In this document: piece by piece, positions 39,924-51,016 of the stretch
Position numbering within the stretch: the stretch's first letter is position 1
Layout of the letters: each line of letters begins with the position of its first letter
Virus record (IMG/VR): IMGVR_UViG_3300025288_000013
Coordinates: 32,001 to 96,000 of that record
Length of the DNA stretch: 64,000 nt
DNA from: a virus
Reading direction: 5' to 3' (one strand)
Translations under genes and position numbers: made by a program
Notes under the pieces: generated by a model
Told to the model about the DNA's origin: nothing
The model's database searches: none
Seen by the model: only the letters and a program-made list of their open reading frames with translations

Positions 39924-40349
39924 TTAATAATTTACGTATCTCTTTACATCACGAGAATCTCTATAATAATAAAAACCTGTTGATGATTCATATAATACAG
40001 GTCGTAATTCTTTATATTCATCTCTAAAATAAACACGCTTCTTGTTTATATCGTATCTTAATCCTAATGAAAATGTGTGTTGTTCACTTGGAAATCTTTG
40101 TCCTATTAATATTTCAAGTTCTTTTATTTTATTGTCTTGGTAAGCATGGATTGAATCTGACTTAGGTAACAAAACTTCTTTAGCATAATAACCGTATTCT
40201 ACTACTTTAATAAACTCTTTGTAAGTTTCGGTATTCTTTATAGCTAAACCACCTAAGAATATTACAAGTGTAAAAATGGGACCAGCTACAAATAGAACAT
40301 CTTTTACTTTACTTATTATTTCTGATAGTTTTAAATCAAACATGGGCAT
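39924..40349 (-). CDS. membrane protein
   Basis: Single TM helix. Confidence 0.55.
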   Translation of the reverse strand: MPMFDLKLSEIISKVKDVLFVAGPIFTLVIFLGGLAIKNTETYKEFIKVVEYGYYAKEVLLPKSDSIHAYQDNKIKELEILIGQRFPSEQHTFSLGLRYDINKKRVYFRDEYKELRPVLYESSTGFYYYRDSRDVKRYVNY

Positions 40350-40402
40350 AAAAATTTTATCCTAATAATGCTTTTAATTCTGTTCTTTTTTCGTTCATTC
40401 CT

Positions 40403-40639
40403 TTAAATTTCTTCTACTTTAATATCATTTATATTTATTTCAGTCCAATCTAAATGGGCAACTTTTTCTTGATGTTCTTTTTTGTCGGGGTAAGGAATTG
40501 CAAAATTTCCATTTTTCAGCCTAATATCAGGGTTTTCAAAACGTCCAGAATATCTACAACTTATTGCTAATAAATCAACAATCTCTTGCTGTTTAGTTTC
40601 AAATTCTTTAACCGAATTTACTATTATTGCTCTTATCAT
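40403..40639 (-). CDS. hypothetical protein
   Basis: Operon packing. Confidence 0.55.
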   Translation of the reverse strand: MIRAIIVNSVKEFETKQQEIVDLLAISCRYSGRFENPDIRLKNGNFAIPYPDKKEHQEKVAHLDWTEININDIKVEEI

Positions 40640-41361
40640 GCTATTCCGTAAAGTGCTTTAAGCGTGTTTGAATTATTCGTTAATTTCGTTGAGTTGTAGC
40701 TACCAAATGAAGCATATCCCTCATCGGTTAGAAATGAAAGTAAAGTATTAGAACTTGTCGCTATCCTGCCTATTAAAGATAAATTAGTTGTTGCTGTTGG
40801 TATTAATAATGGATTTGATGCTGGTGCATTAACTCTTAAAATTCCATTTGTGTATATTTGAATATTTGTCCCTGTGTATGCAAATATGATTAATATTTTG
40901 CCGCTACCAATTGCTGAGCCAAATGAGATTGGAAATGAACTTGTTCCAGCAGAGTTAAATGTCTGCATTATAATTCCACCCGTTGTTACAATAAATTCAA
41001 AACCTTCATTATTTGGATTGGCGGTATTAAAGCAAGTTAACATTCTGTAAACAGATGAAGCATTGTAATTTATAACAAAGTTAGCCATCCAGCCGCTATA
41101 ACTCCTTCCGAAATTAGTAATATTTTTTGTTATAATATCGTCAATCGCATCTCCTTTATAACTCTTCAAACCATTTATAGTAGTTGCTGTTGGCTTATTC
41201 GCTAAAGCAGGATTTTGTAAATTCAATCCTCCAACACTTCCACTATCGGGAATGGTTATAATATTCCCATCGGCATTTTGAACATTAGGCATAAACCATT
41301 CATTCTCAATGTCTAATATTTGAGTTAAACTTACGTATCTATATGGATTAATTATGTTCAT
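40636..41361 (-). CDS. LamG/ConA-like virion protein (start probably MNIINPYRY at 41361)
   Basis: IINPYRY N-terminus; YTGTNIQIYTNG motif. Confidence 0.55.
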   Translation of the reverse strand: MNIINPYRYVSLTQILDIENEWFMPNVQNADGNIITIPDSGSVGGLNLQNPALANKPTATTINGLKSYKGDAIDDIITKNITNFGRSYSGWMANFVINYNASSVYRMLTCFNTANPNNEGFEFIVTTGGIIMQTFNSAGTSSFPISFGSAIGSGKILIIFAYTGTNIQIYTNGILRVNAPASNPLLIPTATTNLSLIGRIATSSNTLLSFLTDEGYASFGSYNSTKLTNNSNTLKALYGIA

Positions 41362-42155
41362 TAGGCTATTAATTTTACTTTTAAGCCAGCACCAGCAATT
41401 GTGCTGCCCACTTGTGTTATAAAACATTCTATTTTATCTCCTTGCACAAATGCTTCTGTACCATTTAAAACATAAGGAACAGAAGCGGTTAAACTTGTGT
41501 TTTCAGTTGTATCAATGCTTATTAGTGTGCTAAAAATAGATGTTCCGTTTTTCTTAATATCTACTATTATTTTAGCTCCTGTTGGTGCGGTATTTACGTT
41601 TGTCATTACTGATGTTGGTGTTATTGGCACTGCTATATAATCTGTATAAACAGATGTTGTTGCATCTGCCCCTAAATCAGAGGTTTCGTCTGATGCAGCA
41701 AACATATATGAGTGTTTTGGTATATCATCCAAATGAGCAACCACACCTGATTTCGCCCTCCATGTTTGAGTGAAGTTAAGACCGGGAAAAGCAATAGCAT
41801 TATAGTCATGTGTGATTTTACCAATACCATCATAAGTCCACTCTAGTAATCGAGATACTGTTTCTATAATATTAGATTTAAGAGATTTACCATTGGTAGA
41901 TAAATCTAAATCTCCTGTCATTGGAGTTGTTCCATCTAATTTTAAGTAGGGAGATAAATCTTCGTTAATGATATTCTTGAAAATTGTTCCATTCCACACA
42001 AAATATAAAAGTTGCGTATTGTTCCAAATGACATAGGGCTTTGTATCGCCAGCACCGATTAAAGAGAATTTTAAAGCCAACATTTCTGCATCGGTAACTT
42101 CAACCGTTTTGATGGGTCTTATCTGTCCTTGTATGTTAGAATCTGTTTGTTTCAT
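41361..42155 (-). CDS. tail fibre-associated protein
   Basis: YLKLDGTTPMTGDL; AASDETSDL...TAPTGAKIIVDIKKNGTSIFST...AGAGLKV. Confidence 0.6.
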   Translation of the reverse strand: MKQTDSNIQGQIRPIKTVEVTDAEMLALKFSLIGAGDTKPYVIWNNTQLLYFVWNGTIFKNIINEDLSPYLKLDGTTPMTGDLDLSTNGKSLKSNIIETVSRLLEWTYDGIGKITHDYNAIAFPGLNFTQTWRAKSGVVAHLDDIPKHSYMFAASDETSDLGADATTSVYTDYIAVPITPTSVMTNVNTAPTGAKIIVDIKKNGTSIFSTLISIDTTENTSLTASVPYVLNGTEAFVQGDKIECFITQVGSTIAGAGLKVKLIA

Positions 42156-42169
42156 TTTTATTTTTTATT

Positions 42170-43576
42170 TTATTCAATACCACTATCAAATATAAAGTTA
42201 GTACCACTAATGGTATTTGTTATGTTCGTATTCACGTCAACATTACTAAATACACTTCCAAGTATTTTTATGTTTTTAGGCGAACCAGCTGCTATGGATT
42301 CTGGTGTTCCAGCTGCGACGTTCATAACCATTTTTACATTATCCATGATGATATTAGTACTGCCAGCAATGTCAATACATGAAACTGTTATACCAATGTT
42401 TGCAAGATTTTGGTATATTTTTGTATTTTCAAGTATGAGTTTTGATGTTGTGCCAGATTCTTGTATTGCTGTTAATGATGAATCTGTGTGTACTTCAGAA
42501 TTTTTAATTTTGAGAATTTGGTCAACACTTATATTGATAGGTGCTAATGCACCTGTTGTATAAATCTTGCCCTCAAAATTTGTTGTGCTGCCAGACGAAT
42601 CACCAAATATCGCATGCTTATTTAGTGAATAAATATCACCCCGTAAAATAAGACTCCCGAATTGTATTGTTCGTATTGCTGCGGTTCCCCAAAATCCTGA
42701 TGGTGATGTAATGACTTCTTGGTAAACATTACCGTTTATTGTTAGTGTGCCACCATTATTTGTGGTACCAGATATCATGACTACTGGGTAACTTGATGTT
42801 CCCCCATTTGATTCAGACTTTCCATAAATATTACCAATTATCTTTGGGTTGCCGCCCATATTGAACATACTTACTGCAGCGTTCAAACTTATTGTTGTAT
42901 TATCTGTTGATATTTTTGGGCAAATAAAAGTTCCCTCTGCAAAATTTGATAATTGTATTGTATAAATATTGCCACTAATGCCTGTTGTGTGTATAAAATC
43001 AGTTGCTTCAAAGACACTATCAGACGTTCCACCAGACGAATCTATAACTCTTGCTGCACTACCATCAACAGTAACACTTTTACATTTTATATTAAATTTT
43101 GTTAGGGCGTTATCAACATCCATGAACTTTTTGTTGGATCCTGTTACATAAAATATTATGTCACCTTTAACGTCTATTGTTATTTGTAAACCATTATCAG
43201 CAAATGCCGTTGTTCCAAAAAAATTTATAGTTGGGCTTCCAATACCAACCATTTTTACACCATTTTTTGCAAGATTTGTAAAACTTGAGTAAGTTCCTCC
43301 AACTATCATTATAGTATCACCACTAACAGCCACAGAAATTGCCTCGTCTATATTAATAAATTTTTTTGATAAACTACCCTTTGTAGCACCATTAGCAATT
43401 GATACTCCGTTCGGTGCAACAAACAAAACATTATCAAAATTTGTTGATATAGAAGTTAGTTGCTGCATTGTTGCTGCATCATTTGGGTCTGTGCCATCAG
43501 CGACATTTTTGATTTGTTTTTGTGTAGTAAAAACAATTGCTTCATCAAAATTTATAAATTTGTTGCTTGGTTTCAT
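42170..43576 (-). CDS. tail spike, pectin-lyase-like beta-helix
   Basis: IKNVADGTDPNDAATMQQL neck; LFVAPNG...GSLSKKFINIDEAI...SGDTIMIVGGTY. Confidence 0.65.
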   Translation of the reverse strand: MKPSNKFINFDEAIVFTTQKQIKNVADGTDPNDAATMQQLTSISTNFDNVLFVAPNGVSIANGATKGSLSKKFINIDEAISVAVSGDTIMIVGGTYSSFTNLAKNGVKMVGIGSPTINFFGTTAFADNGLQITIDVKGDIIFYVTGSNKKFMDVDNALTKFNIKCKSVTVDGSAARVIDSSGGTSDSVFEATDFIHTTGISGNIYTIQLSNFAEGTFICPKISTDNTTISLNAAVSMFNMGGNPKIIGNIYGKSESNGGTSSYPVVMISGTTNNGGTLTINGNVYQEVITSPSGFWGTAAIRTIQFGSLILRGDIYSLNKHAIFGDSSGSTTNFEGKIYTTGALAPINISVDQILKIKNSEVHTDSSLTAIQESGTTSKLILENTKIYQNLANIGITVSCIDIAGSTNIIMDNVKMVMNVAAGTPESIAAGSPKNIKILGSVFSNVDVNTNITNTISGTNFIFDSGIE

Positions 43577-43580
43577 ACCT

Positions 43581-44042
43581 TTATATGTTATATTTTATGG
43601 TTATAGAATCTGTTGTACTCAAATTTACTCCCAATATAGATGGATTGACATGTAAAGTATCGCCGACGTCCACTTTGCCATTGGCGTGTGACGAATTGAA
43701 CCCCTTAGCGGTATTACCACCATCATTTGAGAAATAAAAAGGTTTTGTTTTTGTACCGTCGCCAACATTAAATTTTATACCGTCTATATAAATGGAAATA
43801 TTATCTCCATCAGTTGGTATTTTGTCTATTGTTTCATTTACAGCCTTATCACCGTCATTTAATGATACCAAAGTTTGTAAATCTTGTTGTTCATAATTTT
43901 TGCCACCCCCAATTGGTATAACTGATCCATTTGATTTTTTTATTGCAAGTGTGTCAGTATTTGTTATGAATAATTTTATATAATCACCATCTGGTAATTG
44001 AACGTTTATTGGATCATTGGGTTTTAATGTTAAATGTGACAT
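43581..44042 (-). CDS. tail fibre-associated protein
   Basis: Shared N-terminal module; late box at 44061-44068. Confidence 0.55.
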   Translation of the reverse strand: MSHLTLKPNDPINVQLPDGDYIKLFITNTDTLAIKKSNGSVIPIGGGKNYEQQDLQTLVSLNDGDKAVNETIDKIPTDGDNISIYIDGIKFNVGDGTKTKPFYFSNDGGNTAKGFNSSHANGKVDVGDTLHVNPSILGVNLSTTDSITIKYNI

Positions 44043-44098
44043 AAATTTATTGTATTTGATTTATTTATTGTTTAATATATAAATCAAAGAATTTTCAT

Positions 44099-45742
44099 AT
44101 GGCATTTATACCAGGCAATACAACCATAGAATCAGAACAATCAAATGAATTTGACGATCAAGATATAAATGCTATAAATGAATCGAACATATCAAACGAC
44201 GGCGAATCATCACAACAACCAGAAAGTGAAATTGTTGAAAACAACGATGGAGTATTGTATAGGGAAGCCACACTAAAAAACAATGTGTTTGGTTATGAAA
44301 GATCGGTTAGAACATCACAACTTGAAGACGTTTATGGATCGCCGTCAATATTCAACAAAGGGACTTTGTTTGTTTATCCATCAAGTAGCAGCAGAAACGG
44401 TATAAGAAGATTCCATGATATAGATGGTGAAACAAACATGTTTCCAAACATGAATCCAACCTATTCACAAATAATAGAATTATCAAAAATAAAATTTGGT
44501 GGGAATCATACAAACACAGAACTGAAATGGGCAGACTTTGTTTATTGTAAACACTTTGAAAAAATACCAACAAATAGATTGCTGATTTTGAGGCGGTATC
44601 CTTTTCCAACCTATAATAACTTACAATTTCCATTGGATGAAGAGGTTAGACCACTTTCAACAGGTATAACTTATTTTGGTGGTGAAACTGGCAATACATT
44701 ATCAGAATTTTTTAAACTTAGTGGTTATAAAAATTACAAAGATCTTACTGCATCATTGGAAGTTATAAGTGGTCAAGGACAAAACAAATCGATGGGTGAC
44801 ACACCTTTGATTGGTGCAGCTGGTAGTACCGTTAACAAAGGTTTAAAAGTTGTTAGTGCAGCAAGTGGTCGTGGTGACATAAGTGGTCGTGAAAGAGTGA
44901 AAAATGAAGCATTGGCTGGGAAGAATTGGGAAAATGAAAGAAAGGGCGAGGAAAATGTAATACACAAAACTGTAATAGCTGATGTGGGTGTTGGGGTAGA
45001 ATTAGCATTTGATATCATTTTTGAATATAAATTAAGAAGTTACAATGGTATAAATCCAAGAATAGCTATGCTTGATTTAATAACCAATTTGATGACATTA
45101 ACCCACACAAATGCTTCTTTTTGGGGTGGCACAAACATAGTGTTACCAAACAGTCCAAAATTCCCATTTATTGGCGATCAAGATTCTTATTATCGTGGTG
45201 ACTATTCATCTTATTTGGGAAGTGTGATGGATTCGTTTTCTGGCGTTGGCGAGGGGTTATCCAATCTACTAGATGGAATATTGTCTGGGGATTTAAGTTC
45301 AATCGGTGCTGCTCTTGGTAGTGCGGGTAGCAAGGTTTTAGATTTACAATCAAGTAAGTCCAGATCATCTGTAATTGGATTGAAAGCGTTGCTTGATGCC
45401 TCACCTGTTGGTAATTATCATCTTACCATTGGTAACCCTTTAGAACCAATAGGAAAAATAGGCAATTTAATTTGCCCAAAATTTGAACTTAGCTTTGGCG
45501 ATGAAATTGGCTACAACGGATTTCCAACCACCGTTAAACTAAATGTTTCACTTAAACTTGCCACCCCACTTGATTCTACTGGGGTTCAATCAATTTTTGC
45601 CAATGGTATTAGTTCAAACAGAATGTATATGAAACCAGAAACTTTTATCAGTGAAGACGGCAAAAATAATGAAGATGCAACATTCAATGGAACAAAATAT
45701 AGGAAAGATGATATTGATAGGATGGATGGTGTTATATTCTAG
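44099..45742 (+). CDS. probable virion (baseplate/tail hub) protein
   Basis: 547 aa; TATAAATC upstream; Gly/Ser-rich middle segment. Confidence 0.45.
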   Translation: MAFIPGNTTIESEQSNEFDDQDINAINESNISNDGESSQQPESEIVENNDGVLYREATLKNNVFGYERSVRTSQLEDVYGSPSIFNKGTLFVYPSSSSRNGIRRFHDIDGETNMFPNMNPTYSQIIELSKIKFGGNHTNTELKWADFVYCKHFEKIPTNRLLILRRYPFPTYNNLQFPLDEEVRPLSTGITYFGGETGNTLSEFFKLSGYKNYKDLTASLEVISGQGQNKSMGDTPLIGAAGSTVNKGLKVVSAASGRGDISGRERVKNEALAGKNWENERKGEENVIHKTVIADVGVGVELAFDIIFEYKLRSYNGINPRIAMLDLITNLMTLTHTNASFWGGTNIVLPNSPKFPFIGDQDSYYRGDYSSYLGSVMDSFSGVGEGLSNLLDGILSGDLSSIGAALGSAGSKVLDLQSSKSRSSVIGLKALLDASPVGNYHLTIGNPLEPIGKIGNLICPKFELSFGDEIGYNGFPTTVKLNVSLKLATPLDSTGVQSIFANGISSNRMYMKPETFISEDGKNNEDATFNGTKYRKDDIDRMDGVIF

Positions 45743-45831
45743 ATCGTTTTTTTGTTCCACAATACATACACACCTTTAACTCCCCAATGTTCTTAAAGAA
45801 ATGTAAAACTCTGCAACCTATTGGAAAATTC

Positions 45832-46476
45832 TTATCCATCTATATATTGTGCTGATACAAGTAAAGGCGTTAGTGTTGAAACTTCTAATGCTTGTTGTAC
45901 AATATAGGTATCTATGGTTTGTTTCATAACTTCTTCTATTCCACCAATTCGTGTTGATACTATAAATTGGCTATCAACAAGATTTTCAAACAAATTATCA
46001 TTGATTTTGGCTATCATTTCAACTTTGTATACATTGGCAATTGTACCTGTTGAACCATTGGCGAATGAAACAACTGTATTGGTCATGGTTCCAATAATAA
46101 CGGTAGCAAGTATATAAGTATTAGAAGATGCACCTGCAAGAACTGAAGCTGTTATGGCAACAACATTTGTGTTTGATGTTGATGAATAACCATGAGTTTC
46201 AGTATTAGAATTGATATCAATTGATAAACCATTAGCAATATCATCAGTCGTGTCGCCAATTTGTTTTACATAAGTCCCAATATCAAAAGCACCAGCACCC
46301 TCATTAACATTTGCTGTAATTCTATCACCGTCAGCGCCAGCAACATTAATAGTTATTGAACCTGTAGCAGCAACATTAGAAATTTTACCGCTCCCACTAC
46401 CCCAATCAGACACAGGATATTTAACTTCTATTTTTATCTTGTGGTTTTTGTATGTGTACTCTCTAACTTTGTGCAT
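45832..46476 (-). CDS. structural protein with a sheath/whisker-like Ig-type insertion domain
   Basis: AATGSITI...GDTTDDIANGL...NVVAITA pattern. Confidence 0.45.
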   Translation of the reverse strand: MHKVREYTYKNHKIKIEVKYPVSDWGSGSGKISNVAATGSITINVAGADGDRITANVNEGAGAFDIGTYVKQIGDTTDDIANGLSIDINSNTETHGYSSTSNTNVVAITASVLAGASSNTYILATVIIGTMTNTVVSFANGSTGTIANVYKVEMIAKINDNLFENLVDSQFIVSTRIGGIEEVMKQTIDTYIVQQALEVSTLTPLLVSAQYIDG

Positions 46477-46512
46477 TTCTAATATTTTGTTTATAAACTT
46501 TATATATCATAA

Positions 46513-47217
46513 CTACAATAAATGTTTATTTATCCATTTGTCTTGACCAATTATATTTGATTGACCATCAGAATATGCTTTTCTACATAATTCTTCAACT
46601 TCTGTGCGATGATAAAATTTTCTAATAATGCCTATGTTAGCATAACCATTTTCATCAGTTTTAACCGTTTGAATTTTTGGATTAGCACATTGGGTGTCAC
46701 AACTTAACATGTTACATTCTATTTCGTTACATTCTATATCATTCATTTCAACAAAAACAACTGTATTAACGTGACCATCATTGTGAAGCATAATGTATGA
46801 TTTTATAAATTCTTCGGTTGGTTTTGGTAATTCAATATCAAATGATACATCTGGTAACAATTCGCCTCTGTAACCGTCTATATGAATTTTTAGTTTCTTA
46901 TTGGTTGTAATAGTTATTTTATTGCATTTATCTTTTTGGTAAATTAAACCGTTATCACAATATATGTCACCACCAACAAGTCCATAACTAAAACCGACAC
47001 ATTTTTGGTAAGTTGTGTGTCCCTCTACATATATATAATCGCCAATTTCTATTTTATCACAAGACAAAAGATACATGTGGTTGCCAACACCTCTTGGCAA
47101 GTCATCACTTGTTCTATAAATTAAATCATTAGAGTCAAAAAATCTACCTATTGGTGCTTGTGCCTCATTTTCTATTGCTTCCAATAATACTATTATGTGT
47201 TTACTGCGATTTTTCAT
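46513..47217 (-). CDS. hypothetical protein, paralogue family A
   Basis: HMYLLSCDKIEIGD...KITITTN...LPKPTEEFIKSY. Confidence 0.65.
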   Translation of the reverse strand: MKNRSKHIIVLLEAIENEAQAPIGRFFDSNDLIYRTSDDLPRGVGNHMYLLSCDKIEIGDYIYVEGHTTYQKCVGFSYGLVGGDIYCDNGLIYQKDKCNKITITTNKKLKIHIDGYRGELLPDVSFDIELPKPTEEFIKSYIMLHNDGHVNTVVFVEMNDIECNEIECNMLSCDTQCANPKIQTVKTDENGYANIGIIRKFYHRTEVEELCRKAYSDGQSNIIGQDKWINKHLL

Positions 47218-47306
47218 CTTATATATCTTTTAGTGCAACTAATGTCATTATGTTAGAGTGTGTTTCACTATCAAGTTCCATTTGTTTAAGCGATGCAACA
47301 AAACAA

Positions 47307-47471
47307 TTAAATTTCACATTTTATCAAATCCGAACTTGTAAGTTGATCAATAAGCTTATTGTGTCCAAAATAATTATGGACACATTTTTGTTTGCTTATC
47401 CCTGTCTTTGAATGCAATGGTAGATTGTTCCACCACTTAGACGCCTTCATTATTTTACTAAAATCTACCAT
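47307..47471 (-). CDS. small hypothetical protein (54 aa, not in ORF track)
   Basis: Manual translation MVDFSKIMKASKWWNNLPLHSK... Confidence 0.4.
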   Translation of the reverse strand: MVDFSKIMKASKWWNNLPLHSKTGISKQKCVHNYFGHNKLIDQLTSSDLIKCEI

Positions 47472-47473
47472 TT

Positions 47474-48115
47474 TTATAAATATTTGTCAACCAATTCTAA
47501 AAATGCCTCATTGAATCCATTGGGAGTTTTATCACGTTCAGTTTTTGATCCAGCAATACCACATTTCATACCAAAATCAAGCATTTCTTCTCTTGTGAAA
47601 TTTTGTTTTATGAATTTTATATCAATGTCACCATTTTCTTTTGGTCTGAAATATTTTATTCCACCAATAGGTAATTTAGCAAACGCTTCATCAATTATAA
47701 CCTTTGAACTAAATTTGGATTCATCATTCTCATACAATTCATTAAATTTACAGACAAATTCAATTATGAAATCTATCGGTATTAACATTGTACCAAACAA
47801 ATCCTTATCGGTTGTAGCAATAATTTTGTGTATAGAATTACTCAAATTACTTTTGTTAATGATTCTTCTTGAAAAGGTTTCATAATTACCAAAATTATTT
47901 TTTAAAAAACTACCACCATCATCTATTTCGACAGGTTTTGTTGATAAAATGTGCATATGAAATGGAACACAGTTTTCAACATTGCTGAATTTATCGACAT
48001 TCAGCAAATCATTAAAAAGTACCCCATCGCCATAATTGTCCCTCCACACAATAGAAGATTGATTTTTAGTATTTTCAATTGGAATTAATAGTATTTTAAC
48101 TTTCTCGTTGCACAT
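47474..48115 (-). CDS. hypothetical protein, paralogue family A (start MCNEK at 48115)
   Basis: HMHILSTKPVEIDD...KIIATTD...IPIDFIIEF; the promoter at 48134-48161 fixes the start. Confidence 0.65.
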   Translation of the reverse strand: MCNEKVKILLIPIENTKNQSSIVWRDNYGDGVLFNDLLNVDKFSNVENCVPFHMHILSTKPVEIDDGGSFLKNNFGNYETFSRRIINKSNLSNSIHKIIATTDKDLFGTMLIPIDFIIEFVCKFNELYENDESKFSSKVIIDEAFAKLPIGGIKYFRPKENGDIDIKFIKQNFTREEMLDFGMKCGIAGSKTERDKTPNGFNEAFLELVDKYL

Positions 48116-48133
48116 TTTGTTTTCATTTTTATA

Positions 48134-48161
48134 AAAACTTTTATCAGTTCTATTTGTTACA
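48134..48161 (-). promoter_or_regulatory. ECF-type promoter
   Basis: TGTAACAA atagaactgataaaa GTTTTT. Confidence 0.7.
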
Positions 48162-51011
48162 GTCATTAACAATTTCCACAAATAGAACTCCCTCGTTTTT
48201 ATCAGTTTTATCAGTGAATCTCTTATCATCTGTTTCAACCATATCACGTTTTAATCTTGCTTTAGAATTTTCATTGTCATAATTGGTAAACAGAACACCA
48301 TCAATCAATCTTTTCTCTCTGTCTTGGTTACCAAATAATTTTTTATAAATAGCTTCGACAAATTTTGATTTACTTAAACCCTTTGCAAAACAATTAGCCT
48401 TATAATATTTATACACTCTTTCAACTTGATCCCATGACCTAGCCTCAACTTGTACTATCAGTGTTTTTCCTGCACTGTTATTACTAACATCAAGTTTCTT
48501 AAGCTTAAATCGTTTCTTAAGAATTCTCATTGTTTGGAGTTCTACACTGTTGATATTTTTATTGATAGTTGGATCAAATGGTCGTTTTATAACAACATTT
48601 AATGTATTTTTCCAATAATCTATGGCTTCTTTTATAGCAATTTCACAATCTTTTTCACCAATACCTGTCTTTTTCATTATTGTGAATTTGTAATTTTCTA
48701 TAAAATGTTTCTCAACTTTTATCTCTTCAATAAGTGCATCCCTTAAACCAATCAATATAGGCAACATGTTTAGATAATGTTTTCTGTGTAACCTTGAAGT
48801 TATATAATAATCAATTTCTTCAAGAACCAATGCATCATAATTTATGACAAAATTATCATCATTAAAAATCTTGAACCTTGTCCATGTGTCACCATTATAG
48901 TCTTTCTTGATTCCCAACTCTTCTGCATAATATCTATATTTGTCTTTACCTTTTCTTGTTTCTCCACTAGATTCATTGAAACTTATTGACATTTCGGTAT
49001 AACTTTCTTCATAAGACCACATACCATTTTTATCAGAATAATTTATTTTTGTTAACAACTTGCCATCAACTTCTTTGGTTTTATCCATCAATCTTATACC
49101 ATCCATATTACCTTTTAACAACTTGTATTTTTCCTCTTCTGTTACCCATTTTACATATTCAACACGTCTTGTTTTTTTAATTGGTTTTACAAAATAAACG
49201 CTTGAATAAGGCATTCTTGGTGCAGACCATTTATTTGACCAATATTTTGTAAACCTATCAGAATTGTCTTCAGCACTACCATCCATGTTTTCAGAAGAAT
49301 AGTAAATTCTACTTCCAACTTTTATATCTTTGTTAATACATTTTAACCATTCTTTAAATGTTGGTTTACCATCAGACAAAACATTCTCTTCATCATAAAT
49401 CATTTGTACAACTCCTTTATGTTGTTCAACATTCATTATATTAAACTCTGAACTAACATTAAAGATATTGGTTCTTGATATTATACCATGAAGAAGTAAG
49501 AAGTTTTTCTTGTATGAAAATAATTTTCCGTCTGAATTCTCAAGTTCTTGTAGTGCCGTTTTTGAATTATAATCATCACCTGTTATTTTTTGTTGTGAAC
49601 TTGATATGTTTTCAAACAATTGTTGGAGTTCTTCTTTCTTTGGGAACAATCTATTAGAACCAATGTGATCAGTGAAAATTCTATAAACATTTCCACCATT
49701 TCTTATCATTATGTATGTCTTATCATCCATATCAGCCAACATTGCTCGTTCAAATGCGTTTTCTATATGTTCACGTTTCTTACTATTTCGTCTTAATCCC
49801 ATTATCACAACACATTTTTCGTCTGGAACAAGCTTGGTATAATTTTCTGATTTACCTGCCCACAAATCAAATTCTGGCAAATCTTTTAACTCCAATCCCT
49901 CGTTTTCATAAATTGCTATTTCTTCGTCCATAAACAATTTCATTTGTCTTAAACAAATTTCTTGTGTATCTGGTGCATCTTGTCCAACAGCTATTTGGAC
50001 TATATCTTCATTTATTCCAGCAAAGATTTCAATGGTTTGTATGAGTTTATTAATTTTGTTGATTTTTGTTGATAATTCTGCAACAGAAACAGCAAGTAAA
50101 TTTTTGATACCGTCAAATTTAGCCATTTCTTCTGAAATCTTCTTCTGCATTTCATTGGTCTTTAACATTATGCTTCTTCTTGTTGACCTTGAATAAAGTG
50201 TTGCGTTATCTTTTGATATAGCCATTTTATCCCTCATTAATTCATAATGTTTTGTTGAACCCATGTGAACAAGTCCATTATCAACATCAACAGATTTATC
50301 GTCTGATCCAATAAGTATAACATCTTCTGATAAACTTGATATGTCACCAGATTCAATAAACATCTTTATCTTGCTCTCATATCCACCAAGTGATGATTCG
50401 TTTAATTTAATAAGATTTAGTTCGTCAAATTCTTTTTTTGTTATCAACTCTTCTTTATCAAATTCTTCTGGATAAAACGAATCCTTTTCATATTTGATTT
50501 TTATAACAGGTTCATCCATGTTGATATTGATTCTGTGTGGATTAAAAATTGTATCATATGACAAATCCCCATTAATTGTCTTTCTTGTGGTTATATCACA
50601 AACATTATAATATCTACCACTTTCATGTAAATAAAACGCACCTATTGTGACACCACCATTTATCCAATCTCTTCTTATTTCAGTTAACTCCTCATTGGAA
50701 ATAATTTTGCCTTTTTTAAGATAATCATCACTAATCGCTTCAAATTTTATGTTGTATTTTTGACCCTTATTATCAATTTTTATGAATGATACCAATTTCC
50801 ATGCTTTTTTTGGATAGAGTTGTTCTGATTTATTTGATGGTTTATAATGAAAAATTTGATTATCTTTTATGGAAACACCATGACTCAATTCTATGTTTTC
50901 ATCGATAAGTGTGTGACCATTTGTTTCAGCATCAACCAAAAGATTTTTTATCCTTTCTATATATATGACATTATCTCTGTCGTAGGATGATATTTTTATG
51001 TTAAATCCCAT
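48150..51011 (-). CDS. large hypothetical protein with a coiled coil
   Basis: 953-aa ORF. Confidence 0.7.
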   Translation of the reverse strand: MGFNIKISSYDRDNVIYIERIKNLLVDAETNGHTLIDENIELSHGVSIKDNQIFHYKPSNKSEQLYPKKAWKLVSFIKIDNKGQKYNIKFEAISDDYLKKGKIISNEELTEIRRDWINGGVTIGAFYLHESGRYYNVCDITTRKTINGDLSYDTIFNPHRININMDEPVIKIKYEKDSFYPEEFDKEELITKKEFDELNLIKLNESSLGGYESKIKMFIESGDISSLSEDVILIGSDDKSVDVDNGLVHMGSTKHYELMRDKMAISKDNATLYSRSTRRSIMLKTNEMQKKISEEMAKFDGIKNLLAVSVAELSTKINKINKLIQTIEIFAGINEDIVQIAVGQDAPDTQEICLRQMKLFMDEEIAIYENEGLELKDLPEFDLWAGKSENYTKLVPDEKCVVIMGLRRNSKKREHIENAFERAMLADMDDKTYIMIRNGGNVYRIFTDHIGSNRLFPKKEELQQLFENISSSQQKITGDDYNSKTALQELENSDGKLFSYKKNFLLLHGIISRTNIFNVSSEFNIMNVEQHKGVVQMIYDEENVLSDGKPTFKEWLKCINKDIKVGSRIYYSSENMDGSAEDNSDRFTKYWSNKWSAPRMPYSSVYFVKPIKKTRRVEYVKWVTEEEKYKLLKGNMDGIRLMDKTKEVDGKLLTKINYSDKNGMWSYEESYTEMSISFNESSGETRKGKDKYRYYAEELGIKKDYNGDTWTRFKIFNDDNFVINYDALVLEEIDYYITSRLHRKHYLNMLPILIGLRDALIEEIKVEKHFIENYKFTIMKKTGIGEKDCEIAIKEAIDYWKNTLNVVIKRPFDPTINKNINSVELQTMRILKKRFKLKKLDVSNNSAGKTLIVQVEARSWDQVERVYKYYKANCFAKGLSKSKFVEAIYKKLFGNQDREKRLIDGVLFTNYDNENSKARLKRDMVETDDKRFTDKTDKNEGVLFVEIVNDCNK

Positions 51012-51016
51012 GATTG

